Below are positions 27,004 through 37,375 of a DNA stretch of 64,000 bases, in pieces (within the stretch, counting starts at the first letter, position 1; each line of letters starts with the position of its first letter). This stretch comes from an uncultured Thermococci archaeon (lineage in GTDB: Archaea > Methanobacteriota_B > Thermococci > Methanofastidiosales > B48-G16). Made by a program: the position numbers and the translations under genes. Location of the stretch: the NCBI GenBank assembly GCA_964595645.1, contig CAZQQT010000007.1, forward strand, positions 72,809 to 136,808, written 5' to 3'. The notes beneath the pieces were generated by a model. That model made no database searches, was not told where the DNA came from, and was given only the letters and a program-made list of their open reading frames with translations.

Positions 27004-28184
27004 TTAGATCTCCGGTTTCGCTTTATACTTGAACTGTTTCTCGTACAGCTGCTCCGCCCGTTCCAGGGTATCCGCATCCTCCGGTGACTTATCGTACCGA
27101 ATACTCGTGATCCGCGCAAACCGGAGCATACCCTGACTCGTACTGCGGACTCTGCTGGATCTCATTAAACGCGACTTCCACCACAAGCTCGGGCCGAACG
27201 TAGACCGTGTACGCATCTTCATCCCGTTTCAACTCCAGCAACGTCTCCGTGAGCTCCTGGAACTGGGCGTCCGTGGGCCCCTTGAAGGTTTTCCCAGCAT
27301 ATGCCCCTTCCGGGTGGCGAGATGGTAGTTGCTCAACCAGTTCTTCCTGCGTCCATGGCCCCACTCCGCCGCGATGATGAGGAGATCCAGGGTCTCGGTG
27401 GGCTTGATCTTTTTCCACGTTTTCTCGCGTTTTCCCGGAATATACGGGCTGTCCAGCTCCTTCACCATCACTCCCTCGTGGCCGGCACTGATCGCCTCCT
27501 CCAGAAAATGACGAGTCTCCTCCTTCTCGTCGGTGATAATCCTCTTTACCATGAAGGATCCGGCGAACTCGCTGAGGAATTCCGTCCGTTTTCTATACAG
27601 TTCATCGAGGAGCGTCTCGCCATTCAAATAGAGAAGATCGAAGAGGTAGAGCTTCAGCGGAATCTCCTCGGTAGCCGCCATCACATCATGGATGCGCCGA
27701 AACCGTCGGAGGAGCTCCTGGAAGGGTAACGGTTTTCCGTCTTTCTCCGCGACGACCTCGAGAACGATCCCCTCGCTGGCACCGATTCGCATCTCTCCAA
27801 AGATCGTCTTCACGATGTGGTCTGCTCCAGCACGGAGGCCTGGCTGAGAAGGCTGGCCACAATCTGCTCCTTCCGTTTCCGCTGCGAGGTGCGCGCGATC
27901 TTGCGGAAGTACTCGGACACATCCGTGATAGTCAGCTCCTGGTCGATCAGGGTTTCCTGGTGTTTTTCCCGTGCCTTCTGGACCGTGTTCCACGAGACAT
28001 CCAGTGTCGTGCTCGACGACTCGGGAAATATCTGGCCGGTGATGAGGAGGACGGCCGGCGCGATCTCATCCTCATTCAACTGCTGCAGAAACGTAGCGAG
28101 GTACTGAATTTTCTCCAGCCGCTTTGTGGTGGACGCCACCCGCTCACAACACGCTGCCAGCGCCCGGAACTTCATGATATCCAC
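27004..28184 (-). pseudogene. Relic of an ATP-dependent DNA ligase. The N-terminal DNA-binding-domain fragment is intact. Most of the DBD and adenylation motif I are deleted. Motifs III-VI and the OB/C-terminus survive across three frames.
   Basis: Fragments: DBD (MDIMKFRALAACCERVASTTKRLEKIQYLATFL..LLITGQIFPE). Motif III-IV (EGIVLEVVAEKDGKPLPFQELLRR, LYLFDLLYLNGETL). Motif V (EGVMVKELDSPYIPGKREKTWKKIKP). OB (LDLLIIAAEWGHGRRKNWLSNYHLA). C-terminus in other frames (PELVVEVAFNEIQQSPQYESGYA; LRFARITSIRYDKSPEDADTLE). Total span ~1.2 kb versus ~1.7 kb for an intact archaeal ligase. Confidence 0.6.
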
Positions 28185-29188
28185 CTGTCCAACGACGACG
28201 TCCCGTGGAGACGGCGCATTCTCGTGGTGATCCGCTCGATGCTCGTGTCGGAGAAATCTCTGACCCGGAGGAACGCCACGAGCTCGTCCTCGCAGTACTG
28301 CGTGTACTCGAGCGTGTACTCGTCCGTGACCTTTGGATGTAAGAAAATCTCTTTGATCGCGCTATAGGTGTCCGGAAGGTTTTCGCGGATCTCCGACGGG
28401 AGATCCTCCAGATGTCCATGGGATTTGAGGAGCTTCAGGCCTGTTTTGGGACCGATACCACTGATACCCTGGGTGAAGTCGTTGCCGATGAGAATAGAGA
28501 GTTCCACGAGCTGTTCCCGTGTGATCCCATGGTGATCCAGGAACTGCTGGAGATCGATAACCTCCGGTTCGTACTTCCTGAACCGTCCTGACGACGGAAG
28601 GTGCTCCTTCCCCTGAATGGTTACGTACCGTACCTGGCGGTTCGCCCCGAATAACAGCGTGTCGTAGTCCCGGCTGGCCGCAGCGTAGACATCCTTCGTC
28701 ATGTACGCCGCCTGTACCTCCGCCTCCGACGGCGCTTGCACATACGGGATGCCGAGATACGTCAACAGTTGTTTCGCCTCCTCCACCATCTCGTTGGTGA
28801 GAGACGAGGTCATGGTTGATTTTGAGTACGCGGTGGCGTAATCCTCCTTTTCCAGTGCCTCCTTCCACTCCTCCCATGCCTTCTTCTTTACCTCCCGCCG
28901 TTTTTCGATCTCCGCTTGTTTGAGCTGAGGTGGTGTGCCATCGAACACGTAGACCAGCCGGAGATGGTGATCGCTGAGCAGTCGGGTAGCCCTGGAGGCG
29001 AGTCCGATCAGATGAGAAGTGACGTTGCCTCGGCTATCGGTGAGAGATCTCCCGCTGCGTGTCCTGATTAACGCGAGAAACTGGTAGAGCACGTTGTTCG
29101 CATCGACCGCAAGTGTCGTGCCCGAGAGCGCGGAGAGACTCACGACTTTTTTCGTGATAATCGGGGTGAAGTTCACGCCCATACCCAT
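28172..29188 (-). CDS. fen: Flap endonuclease 1 (FEN-1)
   Basis: XPG-N/XPG-I architecture (MGVNFTPII..LAVDANNVLYQFL, ...YVQAPSEAEVQAAYM). H3TH (ILIGNDFTQGISGIGPKTGLKLL). 338 aa. Confidence 0.85.
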   Translation of the reverse strand: MGMGVNFTPIITKKVVSLSALSGTTLAVDANNVLYQFLALIRTRSGRSLTDSRGNVTSHLIGLASRATRLLSDHHLRLVYVFDGTPPQLKQAEIEKRREVKKKAWEEWKEALEKEDYATAYSKSTMTSSLTNEMVEEAKQLLTYLGIPYVQAPSEAEVQAAYMTKDVYAAASRDYDTLLFGANRQVRYVTIQGKEHLPSSGRFRKYEPEVIDLQQFLDHHGITREQLVELSILIGNDFTQGISGIGPKTGLKLLKSHGHLEDLPSEIRENLPDTYSAIKEIFLHPKVTDEYTLEYTQYCEDELVAFLRVRDFSDTSIERITTRMRRLHGTSSLDRWIS

Positions 29189-29212
29189 AAGAGGGAACGA
29201 AAGTATAAAAGT

Positions 29213-30355
29213 TTACTCAAAAAGGTACGCGTACTCGTTGAACAGCGGATCGTCCATGAACGCTTTCTCCGCCTCCTGGAGACTCATGGGGAGTGAGGTC
29301 ACGCCGTTTTTTTCCCGTGCAGCCTCATCGTACTCGTAAACGTTATCTTTCACAGGATTGGGAAGCGTGCCATCGCCGGAGAGCCCTGCCTTCAACAGGA
29401 AGAAAAAGGCGAGATAGGGGTTGCATGTCGGATCGGGAGAACGTATTTCTATTCGTCCTGAAGGCGGCACACGGATCAGCGCAGAACGGTTGGAGTGTCC
29501 CCAGCAGACGTACTTCGGTGCTTCCTGCTCACCGAACCGCTTGTAGGAGTTCTTCACCGGGTTCGTCACGCGGGTTAACCCCCGGATATGGTAGAGCTGT
29601 CCCGCGATAAACCGTTTCCCACGATCCGTCAGTTTACCGTTATAGAAAAGGTTCTTTCCATTCTTTCGCAGTTCTTGGTGAACGTGCATCCCGGAGCCGG
29701 CCTCATTTTCAAACGGTTTTGGGAGGAACGATACTTCGACACCGTACTGCGTACAGAGCCGCTTTAATGTTTCTCTACAGAAAAGAATGCTATCTGCCAC
29801 GCGCAACGCAGCGGTAGGAAGAAACTCCAGCTCGTACTGGCCTCTTCCGTTCTCATGGTGAAACTTCTCCACAGAAATTCCTTCTCTCTCCAGAACCACA
29901 ACGAGATCGTCGAGGATTCGGTGGCCGAGCGTATCGGCAGTGGTGAGGTACGAGTCTTCATCTATCGGGTCTCCTCCTTGTGTCAGGAAAAACTCCAGCT
30001 CCGGTTTGAGGGTATACGCCGCGTCCTCTTCAGCTAACGCTGTCTTCAGCAGTGAACGTGTGCACTTCTTGTACGGTTTTCCGTCGGGATGGACGATATC
30101 ACACATAAGCCATCCCTCTGTTCTCTCTCCATTCACTATTTTTAAAGAGGCGAGATCCGGTTTGAGCCGCATATCGCTTCGGAAAATGCTGCCGAATCGG
30201 GGAATGGATGAACTGTCAAATCCAATGCCCTCCTCCCTCGCTTTCTCAAACACGGACGGCGTGATGGAAAGTGTGTAGATCCTCCCGGGTACATCGACAA
30301 ATTTCAACCGGATAATCGCAATTTCCTGTACGACATCCTCTATCTCATGATTCAT
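29213..30355 (-). CDS. glnA: Glutamine synthetase-family protein (short GS / GlnA-like, 380 aa)
   Basis: GS catalytic-domain motifs (KPELEFFL, HVHQEL, NPYLAF..). Shorter than canonical GSI, so it could be a gamma-glutamyl-amine ligase paralogue. Confidence 0.7.
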   Translation of the reverse strand: MNHEIEDVVQEIAIIRLKFVDVPGRIYTLSITPSVFEKAREEGIGFDSSSIPRFGSIFRSDMRLKPDLASLKIVNGERTEGWLMCDIVHPDGKPYKKCTRSLLKTALAEEDAAYTLKPELEFFLTQGGDPIDEDSYLTTADTLGHRILDDLVVVLEREGISVEKFHHENGRGQYELEFLPTAALRVADSILFCRETLKRLCTQYGVEVSFLPKPFENEAGSGMHVHQELRKNGKNLFYNGKLTDRGKRFIAGQLYHIRGLTRVTNPVKNSYKRFGEQEAPKYVCWGHSNRSALIRVPPSGRIEIRSPDPTCNPYLAFFFLLKAGLSGDGTLPNPVKDNVYEYDEAAREKNGVTSLPMSLQEAEKAFMDDPLFNEYAYLFE

Positions 30356-30942
30356 GTAATTTATTAGGAGGAAATCTATAAAAAACTTACGAAATAGGTT
30401 TTATAAACATTTGGAGAACTTCAATACGAAAAATGTAGATTTTGTTTATCTTTTATCCAATTTTTTGTGATAGTATGTACCTAACTTAGCAAGAAAAGAA
30501 CATGTGTGAAAAACACCGAGAGTGTCTTGATCACTTTTGCGAAAGGGAAAATGTTTTAGTAAAAAGGCGAAAATATAAGCTTATTTGTGTAAAAAAGCTT
30601 ATAAATAGGCTTATATCAGTAATAGTAGTGATAAAAATGAGAAAAGAAGAAATAACAAAAATCAAAAAATTACGAGGTGAGAACCATGGAAGGATTTGAG
30701 CTTGTGTACATACTGGAACACGAGATGAGACAGAAGAAGAAATAATTATTTTTTTCTCTTTTTTTCTGATCACATTTTTACATCCGCTATCCTGTGATCG
30801 TTTGCCCATCACCTTATGTCATCTTCCGTGTACCTCTATCCTGGTATGATGGACGATCGATGGAGAAGGAAAACCATCTGACATTCATATACTCCCTCAC
30901 TTCAGCGATAAAGTTTTAAATGCTACCATATACGGAATTGTA

Positions 30943-31893
30943 ATGAATAAAAGAGAAAAGAAACCAAGTTTTTGGGAGATGGTACGGTTACCCTTCCTAT
31001 TCGCTATAATAGTTCCTCTAATCTCTGGTACTGTAGTTTCAATTTCTATCTCTGGTTCTTTTAACTTTTTTGGATTTGCACTTGTATCTATTATTGGAAT
31101 CAGTCTCCACATCACAACGAACGTGTACAACGATATATACGATACAAAACAGGGGGCAGACAATGAAAAATCGAAGAAGAGTGAATTTAGTGGTGGATCG
31201 GGGATACTCGTTGAACATCCAGATCTCCTTCCACAGATGTATACGATCGCCAGAAGTGGAATCGTCGTGGGACTGATATGCACCTTCTTACTCATGTTCT
31301 TTATCGATCCGCATCTATGGGTCCCTCTCTGGGCAATCATCGGTATCTCAGTGTTTTTTAGTAAATATTACACGGCTGAACCCATCAAGTTCGCGTATCG
31401 AGGAGTGGGTGAGATCGTCGTATGGATCGGTTTCGGTCCTCTCGCTGTATTACTCGCTGGGCTCGGCCAAAATATAGGTTTTCATCCCACCTTGGTATCC
31501 ATCTCCCCTATCACCGGGTTTGCCACTCTTTTCATCGTGTGGATGGGTGAGATGGTCGATCTCCCGACGGACATTGAGGGGGGGAAGCGAGGGTTGGTGG
31601 TCCGGCTGGGATTTAAAAAGTCGAGGTACGGCTTGATTGCAGTCCATATACTCGCTCTAACCAATAGTGCGCTTGTAGCATTTCTCATTTTTAACCCGGG
31701 CTGGCCTCTCTTGATCACCCTCGTTCCCTATGCTGTATTTTGGCCAAAGATATGGTCTGGGATGAAAGGGATGAATAGATACGAGGAAAAAATAAAAAAT
31801 ATCTCTAAACTGAATTTTGGATTGTATGCTTCATTTTCTTTTTTTCTAATGGGTGGATATGGAATTGATCTGTTGTTAAAAACATATTTTTAG
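30943..31893 (+). CDS. UbiA-family aromatic/isoprenoid prenyltransferase (polytopic membrane)
   Basis: Asp-rich motif (NVYNDIYDTKQGAD) and 8-9 TM helices. Confidence 0.7.
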   Translation: MNKREKKPSFWEMVRLPFLFAIIVPLISGTVVSISISGSFNFFGFALVSIIGISLHITTNVYNDIYDTKQGADNEKSKKSEFSGGSGILVEHPDLLPQMYTIARSGIVVGLICTFLLMFFIDPHLWVPLWAIIGISVFFSKYYTAEPIKFAYRGVGEIVVWIGFGPLAVLLAGLGQNIGFHPTLVSISPITGFATLFIVWMGEMVDLPTDIEGGKRGLVVRLGFKKSRYGLIAVHILALTNSALVAFLIFNPGWPLLITLVPYAVFWPKIWSGMKGMNRYEEKIKNISKLNFGLYASFSFFLMGGYGIDLLLKTYF

Positions 31894-31894
31894 A

Positions 31895-32926
31895 TCATAA
31901 TCTCAAAAGTGCTCCTTTTTCCAATAGGTATTTGATTAAGGCAGGAATTGGACCGGGTATGCCCACAGGACTGAAGGAGATCAACCCGTTGATATCACCG
32001 AGACTTATCACCAAGGGTGTCTTCAATTTCCTATACGTCCTTAAGGATCGGCCTTCTCGGCTCCTTACAATATTTTCCGATATTATTCGAGAATGGGAAT
32101 CTGCATTATGTCCTGTTTTCTCTTCGTCTATGTCGGTTATATCGCCACCGGCAAAAATGGTAGAATAACCTTTCACTTGGAGGTGTTTGTTGACCTTTAA
32201 CGATCCATTTTCAGCGAACGATGACTCATCAAACCTTTGAAATATCCCCGTGTCGTAGCCCAGCCCAGCACTCCATATGCATACATTCGCATCGATCTCT
32301 CTGCCGTTATCAGTTTCAAATTTACCGTGTTCACGATCGATGACCTTCTCACCAAATATCAGTTTAACGCCGTTCTTCCTGAGATATCTCTCTGCAAAGA
32401 AAGAAGCCATCGGGGGATTCCTCTCGATCAGTCTCTTGTGGGAATGAACCAACACTATCTTTTTATCAGTCTTCGATGCCAGTTCCGCAGCAGCTTCAGT
32501 GCCTATCAGGCCGCCACCCACTATCAGTATAGTATCTGCCTTTTTGACCCTTCTTGACAGCTTTTTTACGTCTTTTCCTGAGTTGAGTGTGAAAACATCG
32601 CGCGTATCATCCAGATAGATCGGGTATCGAGCGCCCAACGCTACCACTAAGATATCGAACTCTGATCTCCTTTCGTCCGTAGAAAAGTATTCCGGAGTGA
32701 TCGTGACCACTCTCTCGCTGATGATCTCAGCGTTATCTAAAAATTGAGAATAGCGTTTGATAATCTTTTCGTGATACTCAGGATCGGTAATTAATTTAGG
32801 TAAAGAGGGGTAGTACTCGAAATACTCCTTTTCATCAATCAGAAACACCTCGAGATCCTTCTTCCGATCCAGTCTTTTTGCGACCATCGACCCGCAGAAC
32901 CCTCCTCCTAGGATCGCTACTTTCAT
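31895..32926 (-). CDS. Type II NADH dehydrogenase / FAD-dependent pyridine nucleotide-disulfide oxidoreductase
   Basis: N-terminal FAD GxGxxG (KVAILGGGFCGS) and second dinucleotide fold (TILIVGGGLIGTEAAAEL). Confidence 0.7.
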   Translation of the reverse strand: MKVAILGGGFCGSMVAKRLDRKKDLEVFLIDEKEYFEYYPSLPKLITDPEYHEKIIKRYSQFLDNAEIISERVVTITPEYFSTDERRSEFDILVVALGARYPIYLDDTRDVFTLNSGKDVKKLSRRVKKADTILIVGGGLIGTEAAAELASKTDKKIVLVHSHKRLIERNPPMASFFAERYLRKNGVKLIFGEKVIDREHGKFETDNGREIDANVCIWSAGLGYDTGIFQRFDESSFAENGSLKVNKHLQVKGYSTIFAGGDITDIDEEKTGHNADSHSRIISENIVRSREGRSLRTYRKLKTPLVISLGDINGLISFSPVGIPGPIPALIKYLLEKGALLRL

Positions 32927-33150
32927 ATTTGTATAGAATTTTAGATAGATAAATAGTTTATGTTTGTTTTTTATCCAGATAGAACGATGGAAAAGATACT
33001 TCGGATGTCCTCCCCATCCTGCTCTTTATTTTAAAATTTCTTACAGAAATTATCGTTGCAATATTTTATCTTTTATATAAACCGAGAATAGAAATAAATT
33101 AAAAAAACATTTTTCTATACCAACTGAGAAAGTATGAAGAGGAGTAACAA

Positions 33151-33789
33151 ATGCTGAATGCTGTAGTAGAAACCTTGAAAGAGGGTATAGACCTAGAAAA
33201 TCTTCGAATCCACGGAAAAAGCTTTAAAAAGGGGAGAATGGCGCACCACGAGTATTTTTTTCTCACTGTTGAGACGGACGAGGAAAGTAAACGGTTGATG
33301 CGTGTGAGTCTGTACCACGGAGACCCTCCTCATTACCATCCCTGGATAGAACTCTTTGGTATCACCCCCGAGCTCACCATCGGTGATAAGAAGATTGATT
33401 TTTTCGATTCGGAACTCGAGGACGCGATTCTAGATCTCTTCTCTCGTCCACTCGGGAAGGGAGGAAGAATTTTCATCGAGTACTACGATGATCCGGAAAC
33501 GAGAAACATGTTATCCGTTGGTGTTCCGAAAAGCTGTACCCGACTCGGATTCAAACTTTTTGAGCGAGGGGTTACCTGGTTTAAGGATTGGTACTTTGCT
33601 GAAGGGTTCCGTGAAGGGGGACAGAAACTGCAGGCTGAAAAACCCATAGATAAAGAACACAGGAAAAAACATCTGCGATCGATCAAACGTAACGCGATGG
33701 ACTTCCTAAAAAGAAAAGAAGAAAACAAAGATAAATTTAATAAAAGAGCAAGATCACTAATAAACCAGCTAGACGTGGATGGTGAGTAG
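33151..33789 (+). CDS. Conserved hypothetical protein (212 aa)
   Basis: ORF with a good AAGAGGAG-type upstream context. No recognisable catalytic motif. Confidence 0.4.
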   Translation: MLNAVVETLKEGIDLENLRIHGKSFKKGRMAHHEYFFLTVETDEESKRLMRVSLYHGDPPHYHPWIELFGITPELTIGDKKIDFFDSELEDAILDLFSRPLGKGGRIFIEYYDDPETRNMLSVGVPKSCTRLGFKLFERGVTWFKDWYFAEGFREGGQKLQAEKPIDKEHRKKHLRSIKRNAMDFLKRKEENKDKFNKRARSLINQLDVDGE

Positions 33790-33874
33790 ATGAACCAAGC
33801 GTGATAACTCGCAACTCTCATCGCCATGCGAAGATACCGATCAAACAAAGGTTATTAACCATTAAAATCAATGA

Positions 33875-34216
33875 GTGTATATGGAAAAACGACGGGTGAC
33901 TATTTCGATTCTCACCGGCGCAGTACTCGGCGTATTGTGCATTATCGGCGTAGGTACGAGGATCGGGTTCGAGGAGAACGAACTCTTCCTGTTCGCCATG
34001 TGGTACAACAGAGTGCTCATGGGGCTGGTGGTTGGGTTCGCCGGCGATATCACGATCATCGATGCTGATACGAACTGTATTGTTCGGGGACTGCTACTCG
34101 GTCTACTGGTCACATCGGCGATAACACTCACCAGCGGTTTCATGGATTGGCCCAGTTTTTTCGCCGGTATCGCGTACGGTGTCATCATCGATGGAGTGGC
34201 AACGAAGTGGGGATAA
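33875..34216 (+). CDS. Small polytopic membrane protein (113 aa)
   Basis: Three or four hydrophobic helices (ILTGAVLGVLCIIGV.., LMGLVVGFAG.., LLLGLLVTSAITL..). Confidence 0.4.
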   Translation: MYMEKRRVTISILTGAVLGVLCIIGVGTRIGFEENELFLFAMWYNRVLMGLVVGFAGDITIIDADTNCIVRGLLLGLLVTSAITLTSGFMDWPSFFAGIAYGVIIDGVATKWG

Positions 34217-34352
34217 CAGGACTACGATCGTTATCTTGTAGTATGTTCTATTATAAACTACCTCCGTAAGTCTGTATCCTTTTTCAGAATGCAAAATATT
34301 AATTGTCAATTTGAAATGCATTTTTGTAGTTTAAAAGTCTCTAGAAAAGAGT

Positions 34353-35711
34353 TTATAGGCTATTTATCTTGTCCACGTAGACATCTGCATCAAATTTTCG
34401 CTTCAGTCCGCTCGCGCTCATATACCGCACCTTCCCATATATCGGTCGCTCCTTCCACGCCCGATCATGCTTCCCAAAACACCACGCGACACCGGCATAC
34501 CCATTCGGATCCCGTCCATCGAGCTCGTACGTATCGTTGAGTGTGACAGCTATCCGGTACGCCTCCTTCGGCGTCTCTGCCCACTCGAGAATCTTCTTGC
34601 CCCAGTACATCCGCATGTAGCTATGCATCTTTCCCGTTTTCACCATCTCCATCTGGGCGGCATTCCAGTACGGATCATGTGTCTCTGCACGGTCGAGCTG
34701 CTCGCATGTGTACGTGTACTCTCGTGGATCCTTTTCATGTGCCATGAGCGTCTCTCTCGCCCAGCCGGTGACCGCATCGAACCTATCGTAGTGGTCATTG
34801 TAGGAGACGAAGTTTATCGCAAGCTCCCTCCGGACGATCAGCTGCTCGAGGAAGGCATCCTGCGCCTCTTTTTCTACTTCCGCGTTCCGCACACTCAGTG
34901 CGATCTGAATAGGCGAGATCTGTCCAAAATGAAGGTAGGGACTGAGATCGGAGATACACGCTGCCGTCGGATCATTACTGCACGTAGGATATTGCTCCAG
35001 CCGATCCCTGATGAACGTGCGCATTCGCGTTTCCGCGGGGGAATACCCACCGGTAAACTGCGATGATGGACCAACACTCGTATCGATATCGAGATCGTCC
35101 AGCAGTTTCTCCGTGTGCTCAACAGATATCTCAGCGAGATCGTAGTCACGCGAAGATACCTTCACCTTTCGCTGTGGCACCGGCGTCAACAATCGGGGGA
35201 GATTGGTGGTGATCTTCTTTCTGATGGTGTAGGCAGCGTACTCCTCCTTCTCTGATGCCTGCTCAACAGGAACCGCGACATCGGTTTCCACCTGTACTAC
35301 ACGACAGTCCAGATGGACGAGTTGCTGCCGCCATGCTCTGAGATGTCGAAGGTAACCGCGGTCCGTGACGACAAGTGCCGCATCCTCGCCGAGATCGGCG
35401 GCTCCTTTCCATGGAACCGTTTTCTCCACAACAAAATGGATTCCTCGTTTCTTCAGTGCGTTCTTCACTTCTTTCAATCCCTCGAGCATGAACATGTAAT
35501 GTCGGAGATTCGCCGCAGGGTATCTATCAGTCAGGCCGAAGTAGACGAGTACGGGCAGTCCCATCCCATTGGCTCGCTCAATCGCATACTCCAGTGCATG
35601 GTTATAGACCGTTCGCTGTGCGTGCTGCATCCAGTAGAGCACATACTCCTTCCCAGGCCGCTCATTGTACTCATTTAACTCCTGAATCCTCGCTCTATCG
35701 ATCTCTCCCAT
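34353..35711 (-). CDS. phr: Deoxyribodipyrimidine photolyase, class II CPD type
   Basis: N-terminal class II signature (YVLYWMQHAQRTVYNHALEYA). C-terminal FAD-binding region (WNAAQMEMVKTGKMHSYMRMYWGKKILEW). Confidence 0.85.
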   Translation of the reverse strand: MGEIDRARIQELNEYNERPGKEYVLYWMQHAQRTVYNHALEYAIERANGMGLPVLVYFGLTDRYPAANLRHYMFMLEGLKEVKNALKKRGIHFVVEKTVPWKGAADLGEDAALVVTDRGYLRHLRAWRQQLVHLDCRVVQVETDVAVPVEQASEKEEYAAYTIRKKITTNLPRLLTPVPQRKVKVSSRDYDLAEISVEHTEKLLDDLDIDTSVGPSSQFTGGYSPAETRMRTFIRDRLEQYPTCSNDPTAACISDLSPYLHFGQISPIQIALSVRNAEVEKEAQDAFLEQLIVRRELAINFVSYNDHYDRFDAVTGWARETLMAHEKDPREYTYTCEQLDRAETHDPYWNAAQMEMVKTGKMHSYMRMYWGKKILEWAETPKEAYRIAVTLNDTYELDGRDPNGYAGVAWCFGKHDRAWKERPIYGKVRYMSASGLKRKFDADVYVDKINSL

Positions 35712-35801
35712 GCGTGTTCCTCAGTATGCTCTTCTCATTGAAAAATAAAAGTGTGTCGTTTGAACCGAAATATATTTTACGCTGGGGAACGAGAGACAGT
35801 A

Positions 35802-37373
35802 ATGAAAACGAAATACCTACTCATCATCTCGTTGCTCTTCCTCATTGTCGGCGCCGCTGGGTTACAGTACGTCCCATCTCATATCCCGAGGGACACATAC
35901 ACTGTTCGTACACCCGACAATGTCACTATTTCTTACACGCTTTACCGACCTGCATCTCTCCCTGCACCAGTAGTGGTCATCGGGCACGGCGTGAGTGTCA
36001 ACAAGGAGATGATGGAAGGGTTTGCGGTGGATCTCGCGGCGAACGGATACATCGTGGCAGTCTTAGACTGGCGTGGCCATGGAAGAAGTACCGGCGAGCT
36101 CAGGAATCGAGCGGATCTCTTAGTGGATCTTGACTCAGTTATCAACGATATTCCATCGCATGTCAATGCCAAGATGGAAGATCTCGTACTCATGGGGTAC
36201 TCCATGGGCGGATCTCCCACGTACCAGTACGCATCTACACATAACACAGCGGCGTGGATAGGACTCGGTACCGGAATTCCTGAAGACATTGAAACACCGG
36301 ACAATACGTTAGTCGTCATCGGGAAATACGACGAGGCGTTCTCGCCGGAGACAGTGAGAGCATCGATGGGAAGTATAGTCAGAGGGACTATCGAGTACAA
36401 TACACGCTACGGATCCTTCACCGATGGCTCCGCCAGAAAGGTCCATCTCATTGGCACTGCAGATCATCTTATCGTTCCATGGCACCCCAACGCGATTACC
36501 AGCGTAACCCGGTGGGTAGCACGCACATTTGGAGAGGAGAAACCAGCATCAACATTTCTTCCGCGGATGGTACTGCTTGTCCTCGGTACGCTCGGGTTCC
36601 TCGGACTCCTCTACAGCGTATCCTTTCTCCTCACGAAAATTCTGGGAGTGGAATGGCACAGTGATACTCCTTCTCTCTCGGTATCATCGTTTCTAGGACG
36701 GTACTACGAATTCACGCTACTATTGGTTCCTTCGATGATTCTGTTCGTCCCGCTTTTCTTCACACCTCTCCCCTTCACCGCGCTTATCACCATGTTCACA
36801 GGCGGGTTTGGGGTAGGTGTGGGTGTATGTACATGGAGAATCCTGAAAAAGAAGGAGCAATCCATACGAACAATCCTTTCACGATCACTCTCGCAGAAAA
36901 AAATGTGGCTACTCTCGCTTGTCATCACCGTTCTTGCACTGGTGAGCGTGTATCTACTCATTGGGCGGCATTTCCTCGGGATGGTTCCCTCAATGCCAAA
37001 ACTACCGTACCTCCCACTCTACATACTCGTGCTCTTCGTTGTGTTCCTGTTCTACACACTATTTATCCAAAAAATCGCTCTCCCGATCCTTGTACCGCAT
37101 ACCGGATGGCTCGGTGCCCCACTCCTCATCTTTCTCCTGATCTACTCGTGGTTTGCGGGTGTCATCCTCGGACTCTGTCTCCTCCAGGGCAGCTTCTTCC
37201 TGGTCACGGTATTGATCATGATGGCGCCTATCTTCCTCTTCATGAGTTGGTTCAGTGCTGTGATGGAACGCCTCACCGGATCGATACTGCCGTCTACCGT
37301 ACTTCACGCGGTGCTGCTCGGAACTATTGTCACCGCAATCACGCCTTTCACGCACACACTGAACTTTTTATGA
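35802..37373 (+). CDS. Alpha/beta-hydrolase domain fused to a C-terminal polytopic membrane domain
   Basis: Signal/TM, then hydrolase core (VVVIGHGVSVNKEMMEGFA..VLDWRGHGRST, nucleophile elbow GYSMGG), then ~9 TM helices. An upstream GTG at 35751 is an alternative start. Confidence 0.6.
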   Translation: MKTKYLLIISLLFLIVGAAGLQYVPSHIPRDTYTVRTPDNVTISYTLYRPASLPAPVVVIGHGVSVNKEMMEGFAVDLAANGYIVAVLDWRGHGRSTGELRNRADLLVDLDSVINDIPSHVNAKMEDLVLMGYSMGGSPTYQYASTHNTAAWIGLGTGIPEDIETPDNTLVVIGKYDEAFSPETVRASMGSIVRGTIEYNTRYGSFTDGSARKVHLIGTADHLIVPWHPNAITSVTRWVARTFGEEKPASTFLPRMVLLVLGTLGFLGLLYSVSFLLTKILGVEWHSDTPSLSVSSFLGRYYEFTLLLVPSMILFVPLFFTPLPFTALITMFTGGFGVGVGVCTWRILKKKEQSIRTILSRSLSQKKMWLLSLVITVLALVSVYLLIGRHFLGMVPSMPKLPYLPLYILVLFVVFLFYTLFIQKIALPILVPHTGWLGAPLLIFLLIYSWFAGVILGLCLLQGSFFLVTVLIMMAPIFLFMSWFSAVMERLTGSILPSTVLHAVLLGTIVTAITPFTHTLNFL

Positions 37374-37375
37374 TG

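Noticed and set aside
27301-27729. 142-aa + ORF antisense to the ligase relic
   Set aside because: The opposite strand carries clear ligase motifs IV-V. No features of its own.
28362-28877. 171-aa minus ORF inside fen in another frame
   Set aside because: Gly/Arg/Pro-rich alternative frame of a GC-rich stretch. The FEN-1 frame is conserved.
30502-30699. 65-aa ORF in the glnA/ubiA intergenic region
   Set aside because: Lys-rich, within AT-rich repeat-containing DNA. No RBS. More likely regulatory sequence.
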